Assembly: GCA_918797485.1 (NCBI GenBank) | Contig: CAKKNE010000001.1 | Location: 806,001 to 870,000, forward strand | Direction: 5' to 3' | DNA: 64,000 bases | Source of the DNA: Pelagomonas calceolata | Lineage: Eukaryota | In this document: positions 22,134 through 32,691 of the stretch, piece after piece | Numbering within the stretch: the first letter of the stretch is position 1 | How the letters are laid out: each line of letters begins with the position of its first letter | Program-made: the position numbers and the translations under genes | Notes under the pieces: model-generated | The model's database searches: none | Told to the model about the DNA's origin: nothing | What the model saw: the letters and a program-made list of their open reading frames with translations, nothing else

Positions 22134-23342
22134 CTACCTAGACCGCCACGCCGGGTCCACCGGCGCGTCCAGCCGCTCGATCATGTCGGCGAGCGCGCGC
22201 AGCCCCGCCTTCGCCTGCTCGGGCGTCGCGTTCTCGAAGGCCTCGGCCGTCGGGAAGCCGAGCTGTCGCGCCTCCTCGCCGCCGGGCCGAAAGTGGTTCT
22301 CGAGGCCCTTGTAGTCCTCTACACTTGCAGGGGGCGCGGCCGCCTTGGGCAGGACGCACTCCATTTGTTTATCGTGTGTGAAGTATTTCAGGTGCTCGAG
22401 GACCGTGTCCTGCACCAACACCTCGTGCTCGAAGGTCGGTCGGAGCATCGTGTTCGCCCAGACGCGTTCCACCAACCGATCGTAATCATCAACAAACACC
22501 ACGCCGGTCCCCGGCGCCGCCAATTCAGCCGCGGCCGCGAGCGGCGCCATGCGCCCCGGGCACAGGTCGTTGCAGCCGCAGGGGCCATCCACAACGACCA
22601 CGTCGAAGGACTGTCTCTCTTCGTTGATCTGGTCCAGGACGCGTTGGGCCAATTCCGGCCCCCGGCCGAGCCACTCGGCCCAGTGGGCGCGATGCGTATT
22701 GTAAGTGACGTCCTTGACGACGCATGAATCTTCAGGCAGGTCCTGAGCCATCAAATACTCGGACAGGTCCTTTCGAACCAAAGCCGCCCACTCAGGTGAG
22801 TCTTCCACGAAGACCGCGCGACCCCGTTGACCGGTCGTCGCCGCGGCGCAGACCATCCTCGAGTCGCGCCCGGCGCCGAACACCAGAACCCGACGCGTAG
22901 GAACCCAGGACCGCCGTATGGCCGCCGCGACGGCGAGCTGCGCGCCCACGGCCAGTTGCGTCCCGTTCGCATATTGCGACGCGATGAACGACGCCACGCC
23001 ATTTTCAACATCTAAACTCGGTTTCAATTCTTCGGCAACTCGCTCCTCGCACTCCTCGTTTTTCACAAGTTTATTTTGGCGCCACGCCATGGGATTACCT
23101 TCTTGCAGCGCCCTTGCGACGCGCTCGTGCGCTTCCTTGTCGTCCGATATTTTTTCACAGAAGCGCGCCGCCGCCTGGCGCGCCGTCTCGTGCGACCAGC
23201 GCACCGCGTGGACCGTCCGGAAGCCCGTGGGCTTGCCGAGGATGATGTCCGTCGTCGCGACGGGGGCTACGTCTTGTTTTGGTATGTCTGCGCATTTGTC
23301 TTGCGCAACTGCGGCTGCCGTGCAGAGGAGGAGGAGGCGCAT
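22134..23342 (-). CDS. Secreted DUF579-like polysaccharide methyltransferase-family protein
   Basis: Signal peptide; LVFGAGRDS, VFVEDSPEWA, FDVVVVDGPCG, PGRMAPL, VFVDDYDRLVE resemble the DUF579/GXM family. Confidence 0.7.
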   Translation of the reverse strand: MRLLLLCTAAAVAQDKCADIPKQDVAPVATTDIILGKPTGFRTVHAVRWSHETARQAAARFCEKISDDKEAHERVARALQEGNPMAWRQNKLVKNEECEERVAEELKPSLDVENGVASFIASQYANGTQLAVGAQLAVAAAIRRSWVPTRRVLVFGAGRDSRMVCAAATTGQRGRAVFVEDSPEWAALVRKDLSEYLMAQDLPEDSCVVKDVTYNTHRAHWAEWLGRGPELAQRVLDQINEERQSFDVVVVDGPCGCNDLCPGRMAPLAAAAELAAPGTGVVFVDDYDRLVERVWANTMLRPTFEHEVLVQDTVLEHLKYFTHDKQMECVLPKAAAPPASVEDYKGLENHFRPGGEEARQLGFPTAEAFENATPEQAKAGLRALADMIERLDAPVDPAWRSR

Positions 23343-23713
23343 TATGGCTGCCCTTTCGCGTCGGCTGCGTCCCTTGCGTTGTGCTGGCTTTTAGGGCTGC
23401 CCTTCGCTGCTGGCTTTACGGCCCTTTCTCGTCGTCTGCGTCCTCTACGAGGTCCCAGAGTTCACGAAAGGCTATGCCTTGCTTCGCTCACGACGTGTAT
23501 ACGGCGTACGGTGGGGCTGGAGCCGATTTTTCCGGTGATGCTAGTGTCTTTGTGGCGCTAGCTAGGCTGTCGTGCGAAAAACACGGGCCGCGGCCCCCAG
23601 CTGGACTAATAGCTTGCTAAATCAGCACTATACCTCACGAATAGCTCCAACTTTGCAGCAGTCAAGACCTACACGTCGCAGAGCGTGCACAGCCTGCACG
23701 ACTGCAAAGAAGG

Positions 23714-24578
23714 ATGCTGCCCACACCCAGCCGCCTGCTGTTCGGAGCCATAATTGTGCACGGCTTCGCGCCACCAGTGCCACACGTCGCCCGTCGAAGC
23801 GTCTCGCGCCATTTTGACGCTGCAAGTGCGGCCGCCGACATCCTCGCGGACCCGACGGCGCGCTTCGAGGCGGCGACGGTCGTCCTGCTCGCGAGCTTCG
23901 CGTCGGCAGGCAGTGCTGAAGTCTAAAAGTTCATTCCACGCCATCGACGCGAAACATCGACGCGAAATCGTCTCGACATGTGGCTCACTCGGTTGATGTC
24001 CTCACAGGTCGAAGGTCGGACAAAGCCCCTTAAAACGCGAGAAGAAGCACGTGAAACCAAAGGACGTGTCGTCCGCCGACTGGCGCAAGGGCGAAGTCGC
24101 GCGCTGGACCCTGGCAAGCCTGTCGAATGACGCCGCCGACGCGACGTTTGCCATAGCATTCCTACAAGCCTGGGCGGAACGGACCTGCGAGGTCGGGGTC
24201 TTGCGGAGCCGTGCGCGATGTGCCGCGACGGACGAGGGCGTGCGGCTGCTGTGGGTCTCGCGGGGGCCCGGTTATTTATCGCAAGCCGAGGAGCGGCGCC
24301 TCGAGGCGGCGTTCGACAAATTATCTCCGGAGAAGCGCGAGGTCGAGCGGGCGCGGTCGAGCTACACCTACGGCGCGCGCCGCGCGAAGGCGGGCGTCGG
24401 CGGCGTGGACCTGACCGTCGGGCTGGGCGCCGAACACCCCGTCCTGGCGATGCGGCGCTGCGGCTACGCGGAGAACGAGCCGGTCAAGGAGGGCTCCGAG
24501 CGCTCGGCGACGGCGGCGCTGTCGCGCGACCTTAAGTGCGCGTTTGGCGCCGAGCGCGATACGACGACGCGGGGCTAA
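23714..24578 (+). CDS. Hypothetical, probably plastid-targeted protein; exons 23714-23901, 24008-24578
   Basis: Signal peptide ending VHG-FAP; phase-2 intron joins LLASFA-SKVGQ, giving 253 codons. Confidence 0.65.
23902..24007 (+). mobile_element. Degenerate introner-type intron (106 nt)
   Basis: GTCGGCAGG vs downstream GTCGAAGG; TIR-like CAGTGCTGAAGTC / GATGTCCTCACAG; ACGCCATCGACGCG at 23938-23951. Confidence 0.6.
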
Positions 24579-24917
24579 GAGTGTGCGAACTTATTTTAGT
24601 GCCTCCGAACCGCCTTCGCTTGCCGATTGTTAGGAGCTAGGACTAGTGGGCGGACCGCAACTGAACCGCCCCGCACCCAAGAATCCCATCTGATGCCAGC
24701 TTGCTGCCGTTCGGCGCTGTTCATGGAAGCCAAATTTTGCACCCCTGCAGCGGCGCCCGTGGTAGGGGCAGCCTGACAACTCGACGAAGAATACTGCTCG
24801 CTGCGCTGCAGTACTTTGCGCATTAACTTCCATTTGGGTGCGAGGCTAGCATCATATCGGTACCGCGACCCCACGGCGGCACAGGAGCGGGATTAACAGG
24901 TGATTCCACCCGCGACG

Positions 24918-25838
24918 ATGCGCCGCCACGCCGCGGCCATGCTGCTCCTCATGCACGAAGCCCAGGCCGGCTGCGAGGGCAACTGCGCGGCCCCGATCAA
25001 TGTGACGTGCGGCTCCGTCTTAGTGGTGGGAGACAGCACAACTGACGAGTACATGCCCGAGCTGCGCGCCCTGCTGGCGAATCTGGGCGTGGGCCATATA
25101 TATATAGCCCACTCCGCGTCTGATGGTGAATGCGGCTCGAGTTTTGGATTAAAGAGCTGCATTGAGCCTTACCTCCAATATCATTGGTCGGTCATTGTTA
25201 TAGGATGGGCGCATAGAGATATTAAACCGAATAGTTACGGCGTCGTGACGGTGTCCGAGTACCGGAATAATTTGTGGGAGACGTATACATCACTAAAAGG
25301 GAGCCTGGCGCCGGGCGGCTCCATGGTGTTTATGACGGCCGTGCCGGTCGGCGCGTCCTACGAGCAAAGAGATAATGAGGACGCGAAGGAACTCAATGAC
25401 GAGGCCCTGCGACTCTTTGAACATGAGGACATGACGATTGTTGATCATTACGATAGGATCGTGGAGACGTGCCGGCGCGACCCCGGCTTATCTTGTTACC
25501 CCGAGACCTGCGACTGCGCGCGGCTTCAAAGTGATGGCGTCCACGGTACGAGTGAAGGGCGCTGGCACAAGGCCGTCGCGGTCGCGGACGCCGTCGTCTC
25601 ACATTACGTGCCGACCGATTTTAGTGATGACTGCTCGCCGGCCGTGACGAACCCAAAAATCTACGACGACCGGCCGGGCGGCGAGCTGGCCCTGGGGAGT
25701 CGCCTGGTGCTCTGCCTCGCCGCGATCGGCGCGTTGATCGTGCTGAACGCGTGCCTCGTCGTCGCGCTGTGTCGCCGCCGCCGGAAGGCGTCCGAAGGAG
25801 TCACGCCGACCGTGCGGCCGACGTCGCCTAGCCTCTGA
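24918..25838 (+). CDS. SGNH/GDSL hydrolase-like protein with signal peptide and C-terminal TM
   Basis: VLVVGDS block I, DGVH block V, hydrophobic tail followed by RRRRK. Confidence 0.75.
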   Translation: MRRHAAAMLLLMHEAQAGCEGNCAAPINVTCGSVLVVGDSTTDEYMPELRALLANLGVGHIYIAHSASDGECGSSFGLKSCIEPYLQYHWSVIVIGWAHRDIKPNSYGVVTVSEYRNNLWETYTSLKGSLAPGGSMVFMTAVPVGASYEQRDNEDAKELNDEALRLFEHEDMTIVDHYDRIVETCRRDPGLSCYPETCDCARLQSDGVHGTSEGRWHKAVAVADAVVSHYVPTDFSDDCSPAVTNPKIYDDRPGGELALGSRLVLCLAAIGALIVLNACLVVALCRRRRKASEGVTPTVRPTSPSL

Positions 25839-25856
25839 GCTAATGTGTGTTCGTAG

Positions 25857-26877
25857 TTACCCCGTCTTAACGCACCGCGTCCGCGTGCACGCGGCGGAGC
25901 ACTGTTCCAGGAGCGTGCCCGCCGAGCATTTCTCAAGATCGTCCGAGATGCATAGCGGCTCGAGGTACCGCCCGACCCGCCCGTACCAGTCCGTCGCGCG
26001 TTTCTTCAACCGCGCGGTCACGAAGACCGAGTCGAGGGCGACGCAGAAGACGCGCGCGAAGCCGCGCGCCTCGAGAAAAGCAGTGAGCTCGGCCGAGGCC
26101 GTCTCGACCGTGAGCACGTCGATTGTGGTTGTGTTCCAGTCAACCTGTGTGGAAATCAACCCCATCGAGCCGACGCAGCCCCAGGAGCAACGTGTAGACG
26201 AGCTCCGATTTGATTTCCACACCGCACCCGACGCCCCTCAGCGCGTCGAGCTCGCCGCCCTCGACGTCGAGCGACAGGTACGTGATCGCGCGCATTTTAT
26301 GGTGCGCGAGCAGCGTCGAGAGGGGCTCGCATGTTAATTTCAAGGTCTTCTTGGCCCCGCCCGAGGACGCGATGCGCCCCTTGCCGCCGGCCAGCGCGAA
26401 CTCGACCTCGCGCGTCTCGGCCGTGACGCAGGTTTTGGCAAGCGCGCAGCGGCGGTAGGCCCCGAAGCCGGGGTGATACTTGGGATTTGGCTCGACGCAG
26501 AGGCCGTGCCATCCTAACAACTGTTCCAAGGCGTACGTGTTCGAGTTGCGGATCGCGTCGTTCGCCGCCAGATCGACGAAGGTCCCACGGACTGCCGTCG
26601 TGGTCGCGTTCAGCAGCGAGGCGACGACGCGGTCCTGGCCGAACTGGCCGCACCACTTTTGTTGGACGACGGTTCCTATATTCCGCGCCATCTCATCCTT
26701 GGTAACCGCGGGGTGGAAGCGCCCGCAGTGGTCCTTTTCGTTGTACCGGAAGTGCGTCGCGGGCTGCCCCTGCTTGTGCGGTTCTATTAAATATATCAGT
26801 AAGAGCAAAGCGGCGGCGGCGAGGACCGGTGCGGCGCGCAGGGGCTGCCTGCCATTAGTTAGTGGTTCGTGCCGCAT
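25857..26877 (-). CDS. FkbM-family methyltransferase, type-II membrane; exons 26877-26233, 26144-25857
   Basis: GQFGQD, TFVDLAANDAIRNSNT, GLCVEPNP, YLSLDVEGGELDALRG|VDW. Confidence 0.85.
26145..26232 (-). mobile_element. Introner-type intron (88 nt)
   Basis: Minus strand: TSD GTCGGGTG / GTTGACTG (5/8); TIR CGGTGTGGAAATCAA / TTGATTTCCACACAG. Confidence 0.85.
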
Positions 26878-27118
26878 CGATCGATGCCTGTCTCGCCCTG
26901 CAATTCTGATGATGTCTTCTGCTTAAATGCCCGCTGCCCCTCTCGAGGCTTTGCTCCCCGAATGCCTTGCGGTGCCCACACGCTGCCCTAGGCGATTCGT
27001 TGCCGCAAACGCCAGCAGCAGCCACGCAAGCAGCCCCAAGAACAAACGATTGCTGCTTGTATGGCAGCTATGGCAGCCCCGCGGCCCCAGAGCTAGCATT
27101 CGGCTGTGCAATGTCAAT

Positions 27119-27142
27119 GCTAGTATCTTACAGGCCGCTAGC
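27119..27142 (+). promoter_or_regulatory. GCTAG-N-CTAGC upstream motif
   Basis: GCTAGTATCTTACAGGCCGCTAGC upstream of the FkbM gene. Confidence 0.65.
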
Positions 27143-27209
27143 GCGAATTTCCTAGCTGCGACGCCATCGCCGCGACAGTCGTGATTCATTAGTCTCCTAC
27201 ACAACGCGC

Positions 27210-28034
27210 CTACTTCAGGAGGAACTCGCGCACCGCGTCCAGCTTGTCTTCGCGCGCCGAGTACGCCAAGAACGTACACGCGCATGGCGCGTGGCTCTCA
27301 AACGAGAAGAACTTGCCAGCTGTGTCGATGGGCGCGACCTGCTGCGTGTCGTCTCCGGTGGAACCCATCGTCTTCGCCGTTTTATGAAGGGTCTCGATTT
27401 CTGAGGCAAGCGTGAGCTTAATTCGCGCCGGCGTCTTGGCACCTGGTCTATCCTTCTTGTTGCACAGGATGAGTAAGGACGGGCGACTGTCTTGACAAAA
27501 TATTTCGTACAACAACTCGGCGGCCGCCTTCGCTTGTCGCGTCGCGTCCGCGGCGTCGACCATGAAGACGATCTTCGTGGCGCGCTTGAGTTCCTTTGTT
27601 ACTTCGTTGCGTAATCGTCGGTGGCCGGGCACGTCGACGAGCAGTTTGTTGTCCACGATGCCCTCGTCACTTTTCATGGAGGCCACAGTCTCCTCGATCT
27701 CGTTATTCACGAGGCGGTGGAATAATAAGGTTTTGCCCGCATTTGAAGGGCCCAGTAGCAAAGCAGCCGGTTGCTTCTTCTTGCTGCCGCCGCCTAGTAA
27801 AAGTGCGAGTGCGGCGAGCGCGGCGGCGCCGCCGACTGCTAGTGGTATCGGGTTCGACGCCGGCTCCTCCTCCTTCTTCGGTGGTTGCGGTACTTCCGGC
27901 TCGGCGGGCTCCGGCGCCGCGTCGGCGCTCTCCGCTGCTTGCAGTGGCTCATCAGCCACAGCTTGCTGTTCTTGCGCAACCGCACGCGAAGCGCTGAGCG
28001 CTGCGCATATTAAGAATAGGAGGCGAGGCAGCAT
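27210..28034 (-). CDS. SRPRB: Signal recognition particle receptor beta subunit
   Basis: TM segment then GPSNAGKT, VDVPGHRRLR, IVFMVD, AAELLYEI, CNKKD, EIETLHKT. Confidence 0.85.
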   Translation of the reverse strand: MLPRLLFLICAALSASRAVAQEQQAVADEPLQAAESADAAPEPAEPEVPQPPKKEEEPASNPIPLAVGGAAALAALALLLGGGSKKKQPAALLLGPSNAGKTLLFHRLVNNEIEETVASMKSDEGIVDNKLLVDVPGHRRLRNEVTKELKRATKIVFMVDAADATRQAKAAAELLYEIFCQDSRPSLLILCNKKDRPGAKTPARIKLTLASEIETLHKTAKTMGSTGDDTQQVAPIDTAGKFFSFESHAPCACTFLAYSAREDKLDAVREFLLK

Positions 28035-28322
28035 CTTGAAATCGCTCAGCCGTGCGTGCGCGTCGCACGGTCTCCCAAAATTGAGCTGTGCAACTCGATG
28101 GGAGAGCAGCCTCTCCAGCCAGGGCAAAAGCGACAGCAGCGCTCGCGACTTTTGGGCACAATTCAAGCTGTGCACGAGTCACACCGATCGCTTTATAAGA
28201 GCTGCCGCAATAACCGTTTACTCTCAGACGCGCAAGGCGGCTGCACACAGCAGATGATGCGGTATGCTATGCTAAGGAGTGGGAGTTAACCCCGCGCGCG
28301 GTAAGGAAAAGTGAGCGCCGGC

Positions 28323-30173
28323 ATGGATGAGGTTGCGCAGACGTTAAACCAACCGGGGGTGCTTGCTGGGTACCGCAAGGGCGACCGCGTCGAGCTCCAC
28401 TCGCTCAAGGGCGCGGCCGAACACAATGGCAAGTGCGGCGCGGTCGTCGGGCGCCAGGGCGAACGGGTGCAGGTGCGGTTGGACGACTCCAAGACGCTGG
28501 CATTGAAAGTCGAGAACATCAGGAAGCTTGTTGCGATGCCGGACGCCGGCACGATGCGCAGGGCCTTTGCCGAGCTTTCTGCCGCAGAGAAAAAAGTCAA
28601 CGCCGCCCTTCCGCCTGGCGCGGGCATGGAGGACCCCTGCGCCTTCTGCGGCGGCGCGCGGCCGCACGGGAAGAACGACGAGTTCCTGCCGTGCTGCGGG
28701 GTGAGCGTCTGCTCGGGCTGCAGCCTCGCCGCAGCAAGGCGACCGACGCCGTGCGGCAAATGCGGCAAGACGGTCCCGCAGATGCCGAACGACCTCCTCG
28801 ATGCCTACGCGCGGCTCGCCGCCGCCGGCCACGAGGGCGCGAGACGGCGGGGCCTGACGCTCGCGGCGATGCTCAAGGTCCCCGAGGCGACGCGGCGCCA
28901 GTTCGAGTCAAGCGACGCCCGGAGAGTACGCCCCGAGGGGCTCACGGAGAGCGAGGGAGCCGAGTATGTAGCGAAGTGCCTGAGCGAGGGCCACGCGCCG
29001 AACCTCGACACGGCCCGGGCGTTCCGCGACGCGAAGGTCAAGGAGCGGACGGCGGCCGTCGCGGCAGAGGTCGCGAAGGCGCGCGCGGAGGCAGCGGCGC
29101 GGGGACCGCCCGAGACGTCGGCGGCGGAGTTGGCGGCGCTGCCGGACGAGCTCTCGGACGTGCAGCGCGAGCTGCTGCGGGAAGCGGCGAGCGCGGACAC
29201 GTGCGAGGTGTGCGGCCGGGTCGCGAAGGTCCAAGTCTGCACGGCCTGCAAGTGCGTGGCGTACTGCTCCCGCCCGTGCCAGAAGCAGGACTGGTCGAGG
29301 CACAAAAACATGTGCAAGGCTCTGCGGGCGATGCGCAAGGTCAAGACGCCGGCGGCGGCGATCGACGACCCCGCGGCCCGCCAGGGCGCCGCGCAGTGCT
29401 TTTTCCTGCGCGGCGCCCTGAAGCTCCGGACGAAGAACTATGCCAAGGCGGTCGAGGCGTACGAGAGAGGGCTGGCCCTCGACTCAACCGACGTCGTCGC
29501 GACGATGAACCTAGGGCTCGCGCTCCGGAATCTGGGGCGCCACGCGGACGCGAAGCCGTACTTAGTGAAGGCACACGAGCTCGATCGCGATTACGGCCCG
29601 GCCTGCCACAACCTAGCGGAGTACATCTACGAAGTCGAGGAAAACGCCGCCCGCGCGCGGCCCCTCTACCAGCGCGCGACGGAGCTCCTGCCGACGTATC
29701 CGACGTCCTGGTTTGGCCTCGGTAGTACCTTGTCAACTCTCAAGGACGAGGACGGCGCAGTCGTCGCGTACGAGCGGCTCCTGGAGCTCATGCCGGACAA
29801 TACCTTCGGCCGGAAAAACATCTGCATGGGCTACTTGCATCTCTTGTGCCGCGCCGTCGACTTTAAGCAGCCGGACGACTTCCGCCGATGCCGGGCCGCG
29901 TTCGAGCGGCACCTCGCCGAAGGCCTTCGGCGCGACCCGCGGAATGCCGATTTCCCGAAGCTGCGCATAGCTTTCGACAACGTCTTGAAGATCGCGTCCG
30001 ACCCTGCTCGCGGCGGCCCTGATGACGCGGTCCGCGCGTACCGCGCGATGCGCGACGCGCAGCGGCGGAAGGCCGACGCCGACGCCCACCTCAGAACGAT
30101 AAACGAGAAGATTCGGGCCGCCGAGGCGAGGGTGGCGGAGGCGTGCGCCGCGGCGGGCTCAGGAGAAGGCTAA
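28323..30173 (+). CDS. MYND zinc finger and TPR repeat protein
   Basis: CEVCG...CTACKCVAYCSRPCQKQDWSRHKNMC; downstream TPRs; N-terminal RING-like Cys cluster. Confidence 0.85.
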   Translation: MDEVAQTLNQPGVLAGYRKGDRVELHSLKGAAEHNGKCGAVVGRQGERVQVRLDDSKTLALKVENIRKLVAMPDAGTMRRAFAELSAAEKKVNAALPPGAGMEDPCAFCGGARPHGKNDEFLPCCGVSVCSGCSLAAARRPTPCGKCGKTVPQMPNDLLDAYARLAAAGHEGARRRGLTLAAMLKVPEATRRQFESSDARRVRPEGLTESEGAEYVAKCLSEGHAPNLDTARAFRDAKVKERTAAVAAEVAKARAEAAARGPPETSAAELAALPDELSDVQRELLREAASADTCEVCGRVAKVQVCTACKCVAYCSRPCQKQDWSRHKNMCKALRAMRKVKTPAAAIDDPAARQGAAQCFFLRGALKLRTKNYAKAVEAYERGLALDSTDVVATMNLGLALRNLGRHADAKPYLVKAHELDRDYGPACHNLAEYIYEVEENAARARPLYQRATELLPTYPTSWFGLGSTLSTLKDEDGAVVAYERLLELMPDNTFGRKNICMGYLHLLCRAVDFKQPDDFRRCRAAFERHLAEGLRRDPRNADFPKLRIAFDNVLKIASDPARGGPDDAVRAYRAMRDAQRRKADADAHLRTINEKIRAAEARVAEACAAAGSGEG

Positions 30174-30309
30174 CCGTCTCAGCACGCCATCGCCGCGATC
30201 GGCGCGAGTGTGTGTGTTCGCGAGAGCGTCGCGGCGGCGATTTTGAGTTTTGTAATCCGAATATTATTAAACAAGAGGCGGTGCGAAGAGGCGTGTGGGC
30301 GTTTCTCGC

Positions 30310-31173
30310 TCACTTCTTCTTCTTGTCCGGGTACTCGTAATAGGAGTTCCGGGGATTCTTCTTGTTCAACCAGATCGTGTAGCCCGTGTCCTTGGAGAAG
30401 TAGGGCGTGTACTCGGCCGTCGGATCAACGGATGCCGGCACCGCCGCGCCGTTCACCTCCGCCGCGACGGGCGCGGCTACGCCGTTAACGGCAGCAGGCG
30501 GCGGCGCGCCCTCCATGAGCGCCCGCAGCTCGCCGATTTTGGCCTCGAGGTCGGCGCGGCCCGCGACGGTCACGGCGAGCACGTCCAGCGTCTGCAGCGC
30601 GATGGGCCGCTTGAGCGCCCAGGCGGCGTCGTCCGCGGGCGCCGCGGCGGGTGCCGCGGCGGCGACGGGCGCCGCGGCCACGGGCGCCGGCGCCGGCGCC
30701 GGCGCGGCGGGCGCAGCAACAGGCGCCGCGGCGGCGCCGTTCACGGGGTCCGTGACGCCGGCCTCGAAGTTGTCCATCTGGTGTGTCAGTAATGTCACGT
30801 CCGAGGCCGGGTAGGCGACGCACGTGCAGGCGTAGCCGGCCGCGAGCATGTCGTCGTCGATGGTGGACTGGTCGTCGTGCTCGATCTCACCGGTCACGAC
30901 GCGGCCCTGGCACGACGTGCAGGCGCCAGAACGGCAGGACGCGGGCAGCTCGAAGCCCGCCTCCTCGGCCGCGTCGAGGATGAACTCGTCGTCGGCGCAG
31001 GGGAACGTGTTCGTCTCGCCGTCGGGGCCCACGATGGTCACGTCGTAGGTGTCTCGCATCGAAACCGCCCGTCTCTTGAGTGGCCTCAGCGGCGCGAACC
31101 CGTGTGTAGCGGGTGCCAAGAAGTATAGAGCGCTTGCCGCTGCGGCGGCGAGCGTTGAAAGTGCGGGCGCCAT
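30310..31173 (-). CDS. Plant-type [2Fe-2S] ferredoxin, plastid-targeted, with long C-terminal extension
   Basis: FILDAAEEAGFELPASCRSGACTSCQG...TCVAYPASD; signal peptide ending THG-FAP. Confidence 0.9.
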   Translation of the reverse strand: MAPALSTLAAAAASALYFLAPATHGFAPLRPLKRRAVSMRDTYDVTIVGPDGETNTFPCADDEFILDAAEEAGFELPASCRSGACTSCQGRVVTGEIEHDDQSTIDDDMLAAGYACTCVAYPASDVTLLTHQMDNFEAGVTDPVNGAAAAPVAAPAAPAPAPAPVAAAPVAAAAPAAAPADDAAWALKRPIALQTLDVLAVTVAGRADLEAKIGELRALMEGAPPPAAVNGVAAPVAAEVNGAAVPASVDPTAEYTPYFSKDTGYTIWLNKKNPRNSYYEYPDKKKK

Positions 31174-31613
31174 CGTGCGAGAGGCGCTGGACGCGCTGCG
31201 AATCGAGGAATGCGCCGCGGGAGCGTAGAATGCGCTGTGGGCGACACCGGCACTCAGCCCCAGCGCCGGCTCTTTTCACCGGGTAAGCGGCAGCGCGCGT
31301 CTTATGCAGTGATAGGAGACCGTTTGAGCCAGCCAACTATGCCTCCTTCGCGTTGGGTGGGGAGCACTGTAGATTGCCCTTGACGGCAAATGCTAGTGGC
31401 TTGTTATCAGCTTTCGACGAACCCGCGCGCTGGGCAACTTGCGCGAGTGGTCCGTCGCGGCTTTTTGCAAATTCGTGTCATTCTCGGGGCCACGCCTGCT
31501 CATCGGGCAGCGCCAAAGCGCCGTCTCCCCCGCGCGTTTCGCCACGACGCGCGACCCCGTTTGGCTGGGCTAGCGTACCGGGCGAGTGAAGGTCCAAATA
31601 AAAACACCAACAA

Positions 31614-32366
31614 TTACGAAGCCCCGTCGCGCGGCTCCCCGCCGGGATACGAGTCCCGGGCGACCGAATAGACCGGCCGCCCCTCCGCGTAGTCGCGCTG
31701 CCACCGGGGGACGACCTCCGCCTTCGGTTTCGGTCTAGGCGGCGCCGGCGGCTTCGCCGCCGCCGTCGGCACGCCCCCTTCCCGCCGCTTGCGAAAGACG
31801 GTCGCGTCGCGGCCCCTCTGGTAGTCCGCGTGCGTCACCAGCTCCTCGAAGCCGGCCCGTGCGAACGTGGCGATCGCTACTTCGTCGTCGGCGTGCACGG
31901 CCGCATAGACCTCGGCGCACTGCTGGTTTCCCGCTAATAATAAAGCGGCCGCTAATCTACATAGCGCGCTGCCCACGCCCTTCCGGCGATGCGACGCTCT
32001 TACGACCAGGTGACCGATGGCCCAGGGGCGTCCTTTACCATTACGTGTGCGGTACTCGGACGTCGCTTCCGCGCTCACGAGGCCGACCAGCGTCTTGCCG
32101 TCGTAAGCCGCCCACACACTTATTGAACCTGCTTCCAGCTTCTTGAAGTGGGCCTTTGCATCGCTCACGACGTTGTACTGGCTCTTGCCGTGCTCGCGCC
32201 GGAACTCGTATAGAGTGTTGGCATCATGCCAAGCGGGCAATTGCCTGTAAGTAATGCCTTCTCGCGTGTAGGAGGGCTGCTTCACGGGCGTGGCGCGGTG
32301 CTTGGCATCGCTGCTTGCTTTCGGAGGCGTCGCCGTGCCATCGCTGTCGTCGGGTGGGGCTGCCAT
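31614..32366 (-). CDS. GNAT-family acetyltransferase
   Basis: IGHLVVRASHRRKGVGSALC; FARAGF. Confidence 0.8.
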   Translation of the reverse strand: MAAPPDDSDGTATPPKASSDAKHRATPVKQPSYTREGITYRQLPAWHDANTLYEFRREHGKSQYNVVSDAKAHFKKLEAGSISVWAAYDGKTLVGLVSAEATSEYRTRNGKGRPWAIGHLVVRASHRRKGVGSALCRLAAALLLAGNQQCAEVYAAVHADDEVAIATFARAGFEELVTHADYQRGRDATVFRKRREGGVPTAAAKPPAPPRPKPKAEVVPRWQRDYAEGRPVYSVARDSYPGGEPRDGAS

Positions 32367-32691
32367 TTTGTCTCTCACACTTTGTGAGTTTTGCAAGGCT
32401 AGTGGCCGCGGCGTCGGCGGCGTGCTTGGGAAGGCACGAGGCCTTGCCGTTGTTACAGAGCTTGGTGAGGACGGATGTTTTTTTTTAGCTAGTGTCGTGG
32501 GCATACTAGCCATCATCGTGACTCTTCCACGGCAACGTCTGCAACGACGCCAGAGCGGCCACCAGACATCAGAGAGCGCTGCATTAAGCTGCAGACGTCC
32601 CACGACTGCCACTGAAAGAGAAAACCGCACAACGAGCGCTTAGGAACAAGCAAAGGCAACACCAGCAGCTGCAGCAATATTTCATCCCGCG

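Noticed and set aside
23345..23450. Degenerate direct repeats upstream of the DUF579-like gene
   Set aside because: Short, imperfect local duplication with no further structure.
23921..24007. Alternative donor GAA|GTCTAA for the intron in the 23714 gene
   Set aside because: With the CAG acceptor at 24007 it causes a frameshift; the donor at 23902 restores the frame and fits the TSD/TIR layout.
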